DNA of 64,000 bases from Marsupella aquatica (Eukaryota > Plantae > Marchantiophyta): assembly GCA_973895155.1 (NCBI GenBank), contig OZ316894.1, positions 22,291,867 to 22,355,866 on the forward strand. The letters are read 5' to 3'. The notes below the pieces were generated by a model. It did not search any database. It saw only the letters and a program-made list of their open reading frames with translations, and was not told where the DNA came from. The translations under genes were made by a program, and so were the position numbers. This document shows positions 49,759 through 61,849 of the stretch, in pieces; position 1 is the first letter of the stretch, and each line of letters opens with the position of its first letter.

Positions 49759-52562
49759 TCAACTAAAGTCAAGAGACGGTCTGGTGACAAATCTGCGGAG
49801 CCACAAGTCGTACGCAATCATATGGAAGATATCGTAGTCTTGCGGGGGAGAGTTCCAAGTGAAAAGGCGGCGCATGATCTGAACATTGGCGTGCAAGTTC
49901 TTGTACTGGTTGTCGGGTACAGCCTTAAGAATTTGTTTCAGGTTGGGTATTTCGGACTCAACAACTATAACAGCAAACTCTGTCCAATCCACCACGTCCT
50001 TGAACGGAAGATCGTACTGATCGGACAGGATCACAGGAACGCAACCGAAGTAGATCGCATCACCGATCCGAGCCGTGGGAACCTGCAAAATTTGCTCATA
50101 GATTGAGCCTTGACGACCTTGAGCAATTAGATGGACATCGAAGCAACGATTGACAGCTAAGCAACGATCTGTAGCTTCGTCAAGATCGATCAAACGTGAA
50201 AGGTTATTTCTCCAAAACAAAATACTTTCATGTTACCGAGATCAAGGTCCACGCAGAAGCCATGCAGTTTCCTAGAATGGGATCCGACTTTCGCATCCCA
50301 TCGGTCTCTGACATATGATCTGTCCGTTCATATTCATATGTAGAATAAATGTGAGCTCGGACCTCGCTGGACGCGCAAGAATTTGGGGGCCAGCGCAGTC
50401 TGACGTACAGCAGAATAAGTACAATAGTAAATCAAGATACGTGCACATCGACAGCACTAATCTTTCTAAAGAAACTAGCACTGGGCCCACAGAAGGAAGG
50501 AATATCTGGAGTTGACGCGATAGTGCATCTTTGCTTCAGGCAATAAAGTACAAAGTATATACATTGCCCTTTAATTTAGTTAAGTGAAAGCATTTCTTCG
50601 ACCCAAAGACGAAGGAAACATCCAAAGTACTCTATCAAACAATTGAGTCACCCAGCTCTAAGCAAGGTGGCCAGTTGAGGGACTCGGATCACATCATCGT
50701 ATATATGCCATTTGATCACAATTACCAAATGATCAAGGATAAACCCGGTTTCAAGAGTTCTGTGGATGTTCTCGCCTACAGGGACCTAACGACCTACAAG
50801 GATAGTGTCAAACACCTTCATGGTACTACGCAACCCACACACAATTGGGTCGCATAGTCGGTCGAAAGTCCTTCGAAATATGATATTAGATATTATTACT
50901 CATCGAGATTTCACAATTGGCGGAACCCGATACTAAGCTACACTTGGACGGGTCCACATGTGAGTACGTACGCATTTGATCGGTTGACGTTAACGGGTCA
51001 ACCTCTTTGATGTACAGACCTGGAACGATAAGTCCATCTCCAGGTAGACTAGACCGCGCGCGACCATCAAATTGAATGACACTCACTTGAGCTAGACGAT
51101 GAATAGATCCAGAGAATTGCAGAGTTGTCTCGGACCTACCGAATTCAACGTACTTGATCGAAGACAGTTATTAAACGGATGACAGTTTGGACAGTACTCA
51201 AAAGTGCCTCGAGTGCATACCTGGTACCCCGATACGTGGAGACAGTACTTTGCTTTCCGGAAGTTGGAGAAGTAATCTGTCCCTCGGACGGCTTGCGTCA
51301 ATAATCTTCCTCCGCCCAGTAAAATCTCGTCATCGTCATTCCATGTCTTCTTCAGCGCTGCACGCCCTCGAGAGTTTTGAGACCCCGACCAAAACGCTAG
51401 TATCTTGCTGTTTTTTCTGTACATTGTGACATACACATCGCACGATCAGTTAATTTGACAACTGATAGGCGAATTCAGATCATATAAATTATGCTTGCAC
51501 AAAAACATACACTTAAAGTCTGTCTTAAACTGCATCAGAGAAATTCAAGTTTACGCTTTCGTCCATGCTTCATTAAGACGACAACGATGAACAGTAATGA
51601 GTAATTTTGGAAAAGCTGGGAATAGATCTGTAAGTGTTGAACAATTGAGACTTGAGAGTTCTCCTGATTGATAGCTTTGGCCTATATAGCTGCTCAAGAA
51701 AGTTAAAGTACATTCATTTAATTTAGGACTGTGGCCTGGCTCAATTTGCTCCAAAAGATCTTTCGCAATTGCTCCAAAATTAAAATGATCGATATATCGA
51801 GCGAGTGATTACCGTTCTGCTGCAGAGAGGCCGCCAGGTTCAGTATCGTATCGCGGCCAGATCTGTGGAAAGGAGAAATCCTTCGTTGGGATATAATTTC
51901 TGTGCCAGCGGTCGGCAGCGCAGATGATCTGAATGGCGCTGTAACTAAGGCCCGGAGTCTTCAGTGCAGCGGATCGACACGCCCAGATCATGGCAAGTTC
52001 CATACAGATGGTCGGCTCCAGCGGTTCGATTCCAGTACGGCCATTGCTTCCTCAGTGTCTCTTCCATGTATTGTTTTACAAATTCCGAGACGTTACCCGG
52101 CCCAATTGCTAGGCGCAGCTTGAACACCGAGAAAGGGAGCACGAAGAAGTGCGCCTCGCTCGAGTCATTGGTGCGCATATCCGTCTCGTGCAAATTTCGG
52201 AAGAAGTAGTGCTCACTGGCATAGTTGCCGGACGGTACAGGCTCGTCGGGACTGTATCCAAACTTCTCGGTCTCGTTGGCCGGGAATGGGTAGAAGTATA
52301 TCTTCAGCTTCTGCTTCATCTCGGCATAGTCCGCCGCGAACACCCTGGGCGAGTGGAATAGTGGTGCCTGCATCCATTCGGGTGGTTGCAACACTGCCGT
52401 CGATCGAACACTACTTCTAAAAGATCGTACCGATCTGTCTGCTGCCGTAATTACGAATCCGAGGAGAATCAACAAGCACACAAATCCCCCTCCACGGTTT
52501 CCAAAAACCCAACGACATGACCGAACCCTGCCCAGCAGCTTATTATAATCCCTAGGCGCCAT
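49759..52562 (-). pseudogene. Second exostosin/GT47 paralog with a +4 frameshift in exon 1; exons 52562-51813, 51416-51221, 50082-49759
   Basis: Same exon structure as 19218-21198, including a 196-nt exon 2. At about 51971-51977 it reads GGC GTG TCGATCC GCT GCA where the paralog has GGC GTG GAC GCT GCA, so the frame switches from CHDLGV to AALKTPGLSYSAIQ. Confidence 0.88.
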
Positions 52563-53542
52563 CTCGATTGCTTGGGAGTTAGTTTCAATCAATAAATTGG
52601 ACCACCGTGATCTATCTACATGGGCGATCTCTCACCGCAAAGGAAGGAAGAACACGATCGAGCAAGAAAGAGAAGGACCCCCAAGATTTACAATTATTTC
52701 CAAAACCTTCTAATCAAATTTACAGTCAATTTTTCTCTCTATTTGAAATCAATGGAACCTTTTCGCTGCCTGAAGCTTCACCCACAGAGCAACATTGCAC
52801 GTCCAACCAATTCAACTTTTAATTCACTGGCACTGGACACGAACTAATACTGCACCAACAATCACCCTCAACGTTAATTTCTATCCACCGAGTGACGACT
52901 AAGAGCTCTCGATCTACTCACGATCACGTCCAAGATATAGCAGTATACCATCGATGAATGCACAATGGATCGATCGATCCTCCACTCCGAGTCGTAAGAG
53001 ATCGATCATTCTGTACGTCCACATGCCCAATTTTGCACTACTGTAAATTTGAAGAGATCGGGTTATATAGGGTAGCTGGGCAAAGAGGCTCGATCCTGTG
53101 TGCACTGAGTGTCAATTGGGATGTGCACGTAGAGAAACGAGAGCACTCGACGGAGATCCACCACGAAACTGAAACTAATGTGCCAGGTCTGATGAACGCT
53201 GGACTATGCATTGTCGCTATGCAAACGACGAGGAAAACTCCTTCATATATAGACAGCAAACAAATCGCCGAACTGCTGAATAGCATCGGCACTCTGCGTC
53301 ACATGATACGCAACTGGGAATTTCTTCGGAAGTCGAAGAATTGGAAAAGAGAATTGGAAAAGTATGCCAGTAAGCGTCCATTATTTGTCCTTTTTTGCCT
53401 TGAAAGAAAGCATACAAACAGGTGTCCCAAAGAGCAACACCGGGGGGCCAAAAGGCCAGATGTGCCAATTAAAAAACCAAAGGGGGCGGTACGAGAGATG
53501 CAAAGCCTTCCTGGAGAAACAAGCAATTTAACTCCTGCACTA

Positions 53543-54107
53543 CCGTCTTCCCCAAACACAAACACAGCGCCCCGGGCTTGTGTTCGAAGGGCTTGTGTTC
53601 GAAAGGTGAAAATTTAGTGTCCTTATACAAAAAAGCATGTTTTTTTCAAACACAGTGCCACTTTTACACAACCCCCGGGCGCTGTGTTCGTATTTGGCAT
53701 TGTGTTGGGGATGACTTTGTGTTCGAACTTGGGCACTATGTTTGAGTGAGGGGTTTGCTGTAGTGTCTTCCGTTACAATGAAGTGTTCGAAGTTGACATT
53801 ATGTTGGAGTGAGGACATTGTGAAAGCAAACAAAAAGCTATCGACAATGAGCGCACCCATGAGTGCACCCATGAGCGCACTGAAAGCAAATATGTTTTAC
53901 ATTATAATTATATGCCACTATTCAAACACAACATTGATTTTCAAACACAACGCCAATATATATTCGAACACAACGCCACATGTTACAAAAATCCAAAACA
54001 AAGTGTCAAAACTCAAACACAACGCCCAGGGCTCACTAATCGAATATAACGCCCCTTGACTCAATATTCAAATATAGCGCCCGGGCGCTGTGTTCGGGGG
54101 AAGACGG
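53543..54107. mobile_element. Non-autonomous Tc1/mariner (pogo-like) element or MITE with TA target duplication
   Basis: TA|CCGTCTTCCCC..AACACAGCGCCC ... GGGCGCTGTGTTCGGGGGAAGACGG|TA, with many internal AAACAC/GTGTT motifs. Confidence 0.82.
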
Positions 54108-54287
54108 TAGGAGCAGCACACTCCATGAGACGGCCAGTGCTCAGGTTCCAGGTTCCATTGAGTGGGTCCATGATAGACTTACTTTACTATCAGTGTAAAT
54201 TGCAATGAGGCATCTAATCCCAGGAACCAAACTGAATTCATGGTGGACGGGGTGGGACCAAACTGAATTCATGGTTGACGGGGTGGG

Positions 54288-54598
54288 TGAAGAGATTTAG
54301 AGAAAGAACTTAATACAAATCACCCATAAGCCCCTGGATAAATACTAGAGGGGAAGGGAGGGTAAGCCGGCCAAGAGCCACACAGGGCTAATCCTATAGA
54401 TAAGCAGAAACGACACCTAGAAGCTACAAGTCAAAGAACAAGGGCCCATGCCGATATATACAGGATTACCAAGGGATAAGCAAGATCATGATAATGTACA
54501 GCTAATGTAATCGCCACACGATAGTATACAGCTAAGATCAAGTTGCCACAGGGAGTGGCGCAAAGTCTGGTTGACCATATATGACCATATATTGAACA
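54288..54598 (-). repeat. 3' LTR of the copia element (311 bp)
   Basis: TG...CA termini. Direct repeat of 59841-60146. Confidence 0.95.
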
Positions 54599-54759
54599 CC
54601 CTCTCTTCAACCAGACACCAGAAGTCAGAGTGGAAAGGTAAACGCAGTCCAGCTGGAGGAGAATGGCGGAGTCCAATGATCGTTGTGGAATGCAGTAGGA
54701 GACAGTACTGCGATTGGCAACTATTCGAATATGTCGATTGGTAGGACCAGCAGCCGGCA

Positions 54760-55137
54760 GTGAAGGGGCAGCGGTGGAGCGGGCGCCGATACATGGGGAG
54801 TATGAAGAGTAGGTGCATGGTCGAAGCAGCAGATTGTGAGGAGCAAGCACAAGGGCCAGTGGCGAGAATGGTAATGGAGAGGGAAATAGTGACACAGGAG
54901 CGGCCGACGGTAAGGGCAAGAGGTTTGCCACGTTATTATGCAATTGCTATCGGGAGGAAGCCAGGGATTTATGTGTCATGGGAAGCAGCAAGCAGGCAGG
55001 TAACGGGATTTCGAAACAACCGACTTGAGATGTTCAAGTTACGTGCGGAAGCGGAGCAGTACCTAAGGAAGGAGTTAAATGTTGGTGCAATGTCAACTGA
55101 AAACAGAGAGCGGTTGAGACAAGTAGTAACATGGTAG
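54760..55137 (+). CDS. Antisense accessory ORF in the copia 3' UTR encoding an RNase H1 N-terminal hybrid-binding / caulimovirus viroplasmin (Cauli_VI-type) domain
   Basis: 54931-55065 encodes RYYAIAIGRKPGIYVSWEAASRQVTGFRNNRLEMFKLRAEAEQYL, matching the YYAVxxGRxxGIYxxWxECxxQVxGFxxAxYKxFxxxxEAxxYL pattern. The start codon is uncertain. Confidence 0.8.
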   Translation: MKGQRWSGRRYMGSMKSRCMVEAADCEEQAQGPVARMVMEREIVTQERPTVRARGLPRYYAIAIGRKPGIYVSWEAASRQVTGFRNNRLEMFKLRAEAEQYLRKELNVGAMSTENRERLRQVVTW

Positions 55138-55169
55138 TAAAAAGTAGAACAGTGAGACGACCAAGTAGG

Positions 55170-58100
55170 CTAGACATTACCCGGGATGAGGGATAATGGT
55201 CGCAGCCCAATAGAACGTCGATGTTTCTCAAATAGTTGGTGGCCAACGGCTTTGGTGAAGATGTCGGCATGTTGTTCATCAGATCAAAGCAATGAATCTG
55301 AGTGCAATTTCTTTTTCGAGAATACGTTCACGTACAAAATGATGCTTGGCTTCAATATGTTTGGTTCGTGCATGGAAGATTGGGTTGAGTGCCAATTTGA
55401 TTGCACCTTGGTTGTCCCAATTGAGATGAACGTCTTGTAGAGTTGGAGTAGAAGCATGTGCGAGGTCAGAGTTGATGTAATGATTCTGGCAACCAAGCTC
55501 CACAGACTTTATAGGTGGAGGAAGAACGTTAAGTTCAAGCAGCATGCGCGCGTCTGAGATAAACGGCTTCCTTGGTAGCTTCACTGAGTGCCTTGTACTC
55601 AGCTTCGGTGGTGCTATCGGATACAGTAGACTGGCGTTTACTGGACCAAGAAACCGCTCCATCAGCAAGATTGAAGACATAGCCGCCAGTGGACCTTCTA
55701 GTCTCGATGCAACCCAAGTAATCAGCATCGGTATAACCAGAAAGGGTTATCTGAGATCCCAGCTTGAAGAAAATCCCATAGTCAATAGTTTTCTTAATGT
55801 AGCGGAGGATGTGTTTCACTGCATCCATGTGTTGTTGTTGTTGGGGCTAGGACATAAATCTCGCCACCATACCGACAGCATACGAGAGATCATTCAGGTC
55901 GAGTATTAGTAAGGAACAACAACTTTCCTACAATTTGACGATACTCAGTAATGTTGACAGCTGCAATACCAATATTAGACTGAGTCACAAACCCATCAGG
56001 TAGTGGGGTGTGCTCAATTCGACAGTCTGACATGTGTAGATCCTCAAGAATATGTTGAGCATAGCCATGTTGATGCATCAGGAGACCCTAATCAGATCGT
56101 ATGAACTGGACGCCAAGATACTTGGTGATCTCGCCAAGGTCCTTCATCTCATATTTTTGCTGAAGTTGTTGCTTAACTTCAGAGATTTTTGTTGGACTAT
56201 TGCCTGTGACAATAAGATCATCAACATAGAGAAGGAGTAGAACAATTGTTGGGCCATCATGTAGAAAATAAAGATTAGGGTCCGCTTGACTCCGAGTCCA
56301 ACCCTGGGACCTTAAATATGAATCTATTTCATGATACCAAGCATGTGGAGATTGTTTTAAACCGTATAGGGACTTTCGGAGCTTACAAACCAAATGTTCA
56401 CTACCCTTGACCTCAAAGCCTTGCGGTTGAAGCATGTAAATAACCTCTTCAAGATGTCCATTAAGGAAAGCGGTCACAACGTCCATATGTGAGATGGGCC
56501 AACCAAGAGCTGCAGCAATAGCTATGATGGTCCGAAGAGTTGACCAGCGCACAACTGTACAGATGCAAAGGTTTTGTTGTAGTTGATACGGTATTGTTGC
56601 TCAAAGCCACGAGCAACCAATCTTGCCTTTAATCGAGTCCTTACCGCAGAGGTTCCATTGTTAATGGGTTTAGCTTTGTAAACCCATTTAGCTGAGAGAG
56701 CGTGCAGGCCAGGAGGGAGTTTAGCTAGTTCCCATGTTTCCTTTTTGATTAAAAGGAATCAAATTCTTCCACCATGATAGCTGCATTCCATGATCCTGGA
56801 TCAGAATAGGCCTCATCAAAGGTAAGTGAATTGGTTATTGGATCTCCTGTCTCAACCACAAACAAATCAACATTGTCAGGTAGATATAGTTCATGATCAT
56901 GAAATTTACTTGGAAGTTTCCCACGAGTTGATCTGATCGAGGCCCTTGTAGCTCGTCTAGTAGGAGGTGGTGACTCATGAGCAACTGGAATTAAATCCAA
57001 TCTTTCTTCTGCATCATCAACATCTGGTTGAACTGGATCTTGAGCTTGGTCTTCGTGAGCAGCATCGTAAGTAGCATCATTGGTAGCATCACCAGTATTG
57101 TGAGCAATAGCATCAGTAGCAGCCAGGTCCAACCGGGTCTTGAGCTCGAGCTTGATCCCTCTCTTGTTCGTGTGGAGCCACTGACGAGTCAAGGACAGGT
57201 AGTAGATGATCAAAGAAGGAAGGATCAGGTGCGGGAGAGTTAAAGGAGCCAGCGGAATCCTCGATAAAGGCAACATTGGGGCTAATAAGAATTTTTTGAC
57301 TAACAGGTCAAAGCAGCGATAGCCTTTAGTATGAGAATCATAGCCAACAAAGACACTTGGAATAGCTTTGGCTTGCAATTTTGTACGAAATTTTTCAGGA
57401 ATATGGACAAAGGCAGTGCAGCCAAGAACTTGTAGATGAGAAAGATCGTGCTTGACACCGGTTAATGCTTGAAACAGTGTAGAGAGATGGAGTGCACGAG
57501 TGGGGCAACGGTTGAGAACATAGGCAGCTGCACTGAGTGATTCCATCCAGAGAAAGCTGGGGAATTTTGAATCAATAAACGTGGATCGAGCGGCTTCTAG
57601 AAAGGTACGGTTTTTACGTTCAGCAACACCATTTTGGTGAGGAGTGCTAGGGGTAGTGAGTTGACGCCTATTAATGCCATGAGTTCAATGGCAATAAGTA
57701 CTAAATTCTTGGGAGAGATATTCACCTCCTCGGTCTGTCCAAAGAGCAGAAATTTTGGTAGAGAACTGTGTCTCAACCATCATTCCAAACTCTTTGAATT
57801 TAGTGAAAGCTTCACTTTTGTGGGTAAGAAAATATACCCAAGTAAACCGGGAATAATCATCGATGAACGTAAGTAAATACTTGAGACTGGATGAGGTGTT
57901 CACCAGTCCACATAAATCAGAGTGGATGAGTTGAAATGCGGCATTAGAGCGAGTACGAGATTTCTTGGGAGCTCGTTCAATCACGGTGATGCTTAGCCAC
58001 TATACAGGAGGAACATTTTCTTTTGCATAGAGGAAGAGTTGGAATATATACCAGTTGCCAGATTGTGCTTGGTCATGTGATATGCTGACTAAAAATTGAT

Positions 58101-59702
58101 GTGGCTTAGACGTCTATGCCAGAGATCAACAAGATTAGTGGAAACTTGAGTGATCTCGAGTGCATGTAAAACATCCGGTGAAGCAGCAACCAAGGGGGCA
58201 TGCAACTGGTTGGCGTTGTTGAGTTGAGGTCAAGTGTTGGAGATGCCGAGAGAACCAAGAAATCTGCTCGCCAAGTAAAGTAGTTGATAGCCGGTAAAGT
58301 CCATTTCGTGGATTTTGAGAAGCTTTGAGAGCCACAAGGTGTGGGTTGTCTCGATCAAAGACGTAACACTCTTTGGAGTCAAAAAGAACAAGATAACCAG
58401 AGTCAGTTAGCTTTCCAACAGACATGAGATTCTTGTGTACACCTGGCACGTAAAGAACATTGCTCACCCGTGTGCTCACCGGGGTGCTCACTGCTTTATT
58501 ATCAACCTTAACTGTGCCCTTTCCCAAAATCGGGAGTTTAGAGCCAGCTGTTGTAGTGACAGTAGGACCATACGAGGTCCTAGGGACAAACTCAGATAAT
58601 CCTACTTGAGCTCCAGCAATGTGATTGCTAGCGCCAGAGTCTAGGTACCATTCTGGTCCTAGTTCAGTAAGATTGCCTGGCAGTAATTTCTCCTGAGGTC
58701 GGGTGAGAGAAATCTACATGGTCATGAACGTTGACATCAGCTGTCTCAGTGAGGTGGCCCTGTGGTTTGAAATGACGTAGGCCAGATGCACGGAGCTGGA
58801 GTTGAGCAATCTGATCATCCACTTTCTTCAGGTCACAGTCTACTTCCCAATGGCCTGGCTTGTTGCAGTAGTTGCATGCTCTGACCCGGCCCCTGCCACG
58901 ATCAGCTCTCTGGTCAGTCTGGTGGTGGAAACATGGGCGCTGGTTCTGAGCACGAAAGCCACGACCCGTTCCATATGAAGGATTACGGAAGCGAGTCATG
59001 ACCAAGGCTTGTTCCTGGGTATCATGCATCCTGATACCCACGTCGCCAGTATTCTTCAGCCTGGAGTTTTTCCACCAGGTTGGCATAAGTTGGTTGAGGA
59101 TGCCTGGAAAGATCAGAGCCAAACACAGAAATAAAGGGACCCCAACTCTTTGGAAGTCCACGAAGTACAACATGCATCAGCCTGGTCTTATCATGATATA
59201 TCATGAAAATTGATTGGTGAGGTCCTCAATCTCTTTTAAGAAATTTTTGACATAGTGCCTTCAAGCATACGGATAGACTGCAACTTGTTTTTGATTAGCA
59301 GCCAGCCCTTCATTGGATCAGATCACCTCCAAACCGTTCCTTGAGATGATTCCATCCTGCAACTGGATCATTCGAGTAGTTTAGAATTGTGGGCAGGAAC
59401 TGGTCCTGCACAGTCGCCATCAAGATTGACTTTGCCTTTACCTTGAGTTGGCGGATCTGCTGAGGGGTTTGTTGAGGTTGCTGGACCCGGGGAACGTTGT
59501 CACCTTCTTGATCAGCATCGTCATTCTCAACGTCACCTGCAGGAGGGATCAAGTTATTAGAATCGGTATCTTCTCCTGCAAAGTTGAGCTCATCCCAGAC
59601 TTCATCGCGTTCTAGTAAAGTCTGCACACGAGCACTCCAGCTAATGTAATTCTTGGACCCTTCGAGCTTAGCATTGTCATTGAACAAGCGGGCTAACTCC
59701 AT
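55170..59702 (-). pseudogene. Copia gag-pol polyprotein with multiple frameshifts
   Basis: Gag: KLEGSKNYISWSARVQTLL and zinc knuckle CNYCNKPGHWEVDC. Protease: WYLDSGASNHI. Integrase: LWHRRLSH, IHSDLCG, FIDDYSRFTWVYFL, TDRGGEY, QNGVAERKNRT. RT: MDVVTAFLNG, LYGLKQS, LLYVDDL. RNase H: GYTDADY, TKHIEAKHHFVRE, ADIFTK. Confidence 0.96.
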
Positions 59703-59828
59703 TGCTATTTACTCTAGCTACTGAGGGAGAGCTTCTGGCTGACATCCACGACAGACAGACTCTTTAGCTGGCTAGAGACTTCGCTTCTAAGCGGACTTCT
59801 CCTCTAACTCTCTAGGACCATATCTGGA

Positions 59829-59840
59829 GCTCTGATACCA
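59829..59840 (-). other. Primer-binding site complementary to initiator tRNA-Met
   Basis: TGGTATCAGAGC on the minus strand immediately after the 5' LTR. Confidence 0.92.
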
Positions 59841-60146
59841 TGAAGAGATTTAGAGAAAGAACTTAATACAAATCACCCATAAGCCCTTGGATAAATACTA
59901 GAGGGGAAGGGAGGGTGAGTCACCCAAGAGCCACATAGGGCTAATCCTATAGATAAGCAGAAACGACACCTAGAAGCTACAAGTCAAAGAACAAGGGACC
60001 CATGCCGATATATACGGGATTACCAAGGGATAAGCAGGATCATGATAATGTACAGCTAATGTCATCGCCACACGATAGTATACAGCTAAGATCAAGTTGC
60101 CACAGGGAGTGGCGTAAAGTCTGGTTGACCAATCATATATTCAATA
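59841..60146 (-). repeat. 5' LTR of the copia element (about 306 bp; terminal TG mutated to TA)
   Basis: Direct repeat of 54288-54598, flanked by the GTGGG TSD. Confidence 0.95.
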
Positions 60147-60151
60147 GTGGG

Positions 60152-61520
60152 ACCTGTGGAACTTGAAGCCTGTCCCAATGTATAGTCCAAAGACCAACAT
60201 GTGCCCCATAGTCAAAACACATGTGGGCCTGAGAGGTGGTGGACTTCCCTGGATCTTTGCACTTCCCAGTATCTCAACTGCCAAAGGAAGCAATTCTCAG
60301 CCGCTGCCCAAAATGGGAGGCAGCCAAGTATTACTCCTGAGGACCCTCCTGTTAGAATACCAATTAAGGATCGTAGCCCACTTCTCAATGGCTTTACGCA
60401 CCCCTGCCCTGGCTTGCCCTGAACATAGCCTTCTCATTTTGACCAGCCCAGACGAAGGTAGTGAGTTTTTTCTGCAAAGCATATAGTGTCTTTGGGTGAC
60501 CAGCCTACACATTGTGCTCATGATCAGGTGATTGGCGACTGTGACCCGGGCGATGAGAGACCCTGACCTCTTCCTAATCCGATCAATCCGGGACTCCAAG
60601 CAATCAGACAACGTTTTCACCAATTGTTCCAAATTTATGTGTTGGGCCATGGGAATACCGAGTAGTTTGGAGGCATTTGTATCATCTTCCCAGGTCCAGG
60701 GCAGATATTGGAATTTTGTGAGGACTAGGCCAGCAGGAATGAAGGCCACTTCAAATGGTTTGATCCCAAATACAATGAAGCCAGATGCCATTCCGAAAAG
60801 GTCCAATTGGTCACGGCTAAACTGCACAAATCTCATGTTAGCCCAGATCAGCAGCACAACGTCATCCGCGTAGAAGTTGTGCACATTGTGTACCCCAATG
60901 GATGGAATGTTAACCCCTACAAGCTCACAGATAAAGCTTATTGAGGGTGTTGATGGCAATTATGATGAAGAGTAGGAGACAGAGGGCACCCATGTCTCAC
61001 AGATTGTTCCAAAGAGAAAGAATTGGCCATCTGCCCGTTGAGTAAAACCGCAGATGTGGTAGAAAAAAAGCTAGCCCGCAGGAATTGCATAAGGAGCCCA
61101 TCAAAACCAGCTTTCTCCATGAGCGAGAGAAGAAAATGTTATTCAAGCTTATCAAAGGCCTTGGCAACATCAAGTTTCATGAGAATGTATTGTAGGCCTG
61201 ATGTTTTGGCCAGATGGAGGAGCTCACTGAGAAGCAAAAGAGAGTGGTGGATGTTGCATCCCGGTGGAAAGGCAACTGCTGCGGCAAAATGAAATGCTGA
61301 AGGATAGGAATGAGTCGCAATTGGAAAGCTTTAGCCCCTATTTCGTATGTCACGTTCAGCAGAGTGATGGACTGCTTGTTGGTAAGCAGGAGCTGGTAGT
61401 TTTTCTTGCACAGCAGGATGATAAACCCCTCATGAACTCAAATGAGAAAGTGCCTTCTGCCATGCCATGGAGGGTTGCCCTGTGGAGGGAGGGCCCCTCC
61501 CATAAGAAGGTTGGGCCCAA
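60152..61520 (-). mobile_element. Degenerate L1-like LINE reverse-transcriptase fragment, adjacent to and probably interrupted by the copia element
   Basis: Across frames: ITLLNVTYEIGAKAFQLRL, LMKLDVAKAFDKLE, QSVRHGCPLSP, HNFYADDVVL, SKLLGIPM and RVTVANHLIMST. A continuation at 54111-54287 is likely but unverified. Confidence 0.9.
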
Positions 61521-61849
61521 GGGAAGGGAATGAGAGATGGGGGGTGAGACAAGTGGAGCATAGGAAAGTGAAATAAAAAAATTACATAGTAGTAGGAAAC
61601 TTTAATAGGGAAAAAAGAGGAGAAAAGGGACACATACCCTTGCCTTTTATTGCATAATAGGAAACCAAGAGAGGGAAATACAAGGAAAGGGTCTTTTCTA
61701 TTTGGGGGGGGGGGGGGGCGGGGGAGAGGCAGCCAAGTGAAAGAGGAGGAGGAGGCCACTAGGGGTAGGGGGCATGTCACCCTCCACCTAGAATTGTGTG
61801 AATGTGCTTGCTTTGGTTGCCTTCACCTATGTCGTGCTCTCCCTCATCA

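Larger units (their letters stand above)
54288..60146 (-). mobile_element. Full-length, mutationally decayed Ty1/copia LTR retrotransposon
   Basis: LTRs at 54288-54598 and 59841-60146. 5-bp TSD GTGGG at 54283-54287 and 60147-60151. PBS TGGTATCAGAGC at 59840-59829 and PPT AAGAGAGGG next to the 3' LTR. Domain order gag-PR-IN-RT-RH. Confidence 0.97.

Noticed and set aside
52958-53617. 219-aa plus-strand ORF
   Set aside because: No recognisable domain; it spans the GT47-B upstream region and runs into a MITE terminus, so it is likely chance.
54431-54943. 170-aa sense-strand ORF in the copia 3' region as a possible env-like gene
   Set aside because: Pro/Ser/Leu-rich shadow of the purine-rich antisense ORF, running into the LTR, with no convincing env features.
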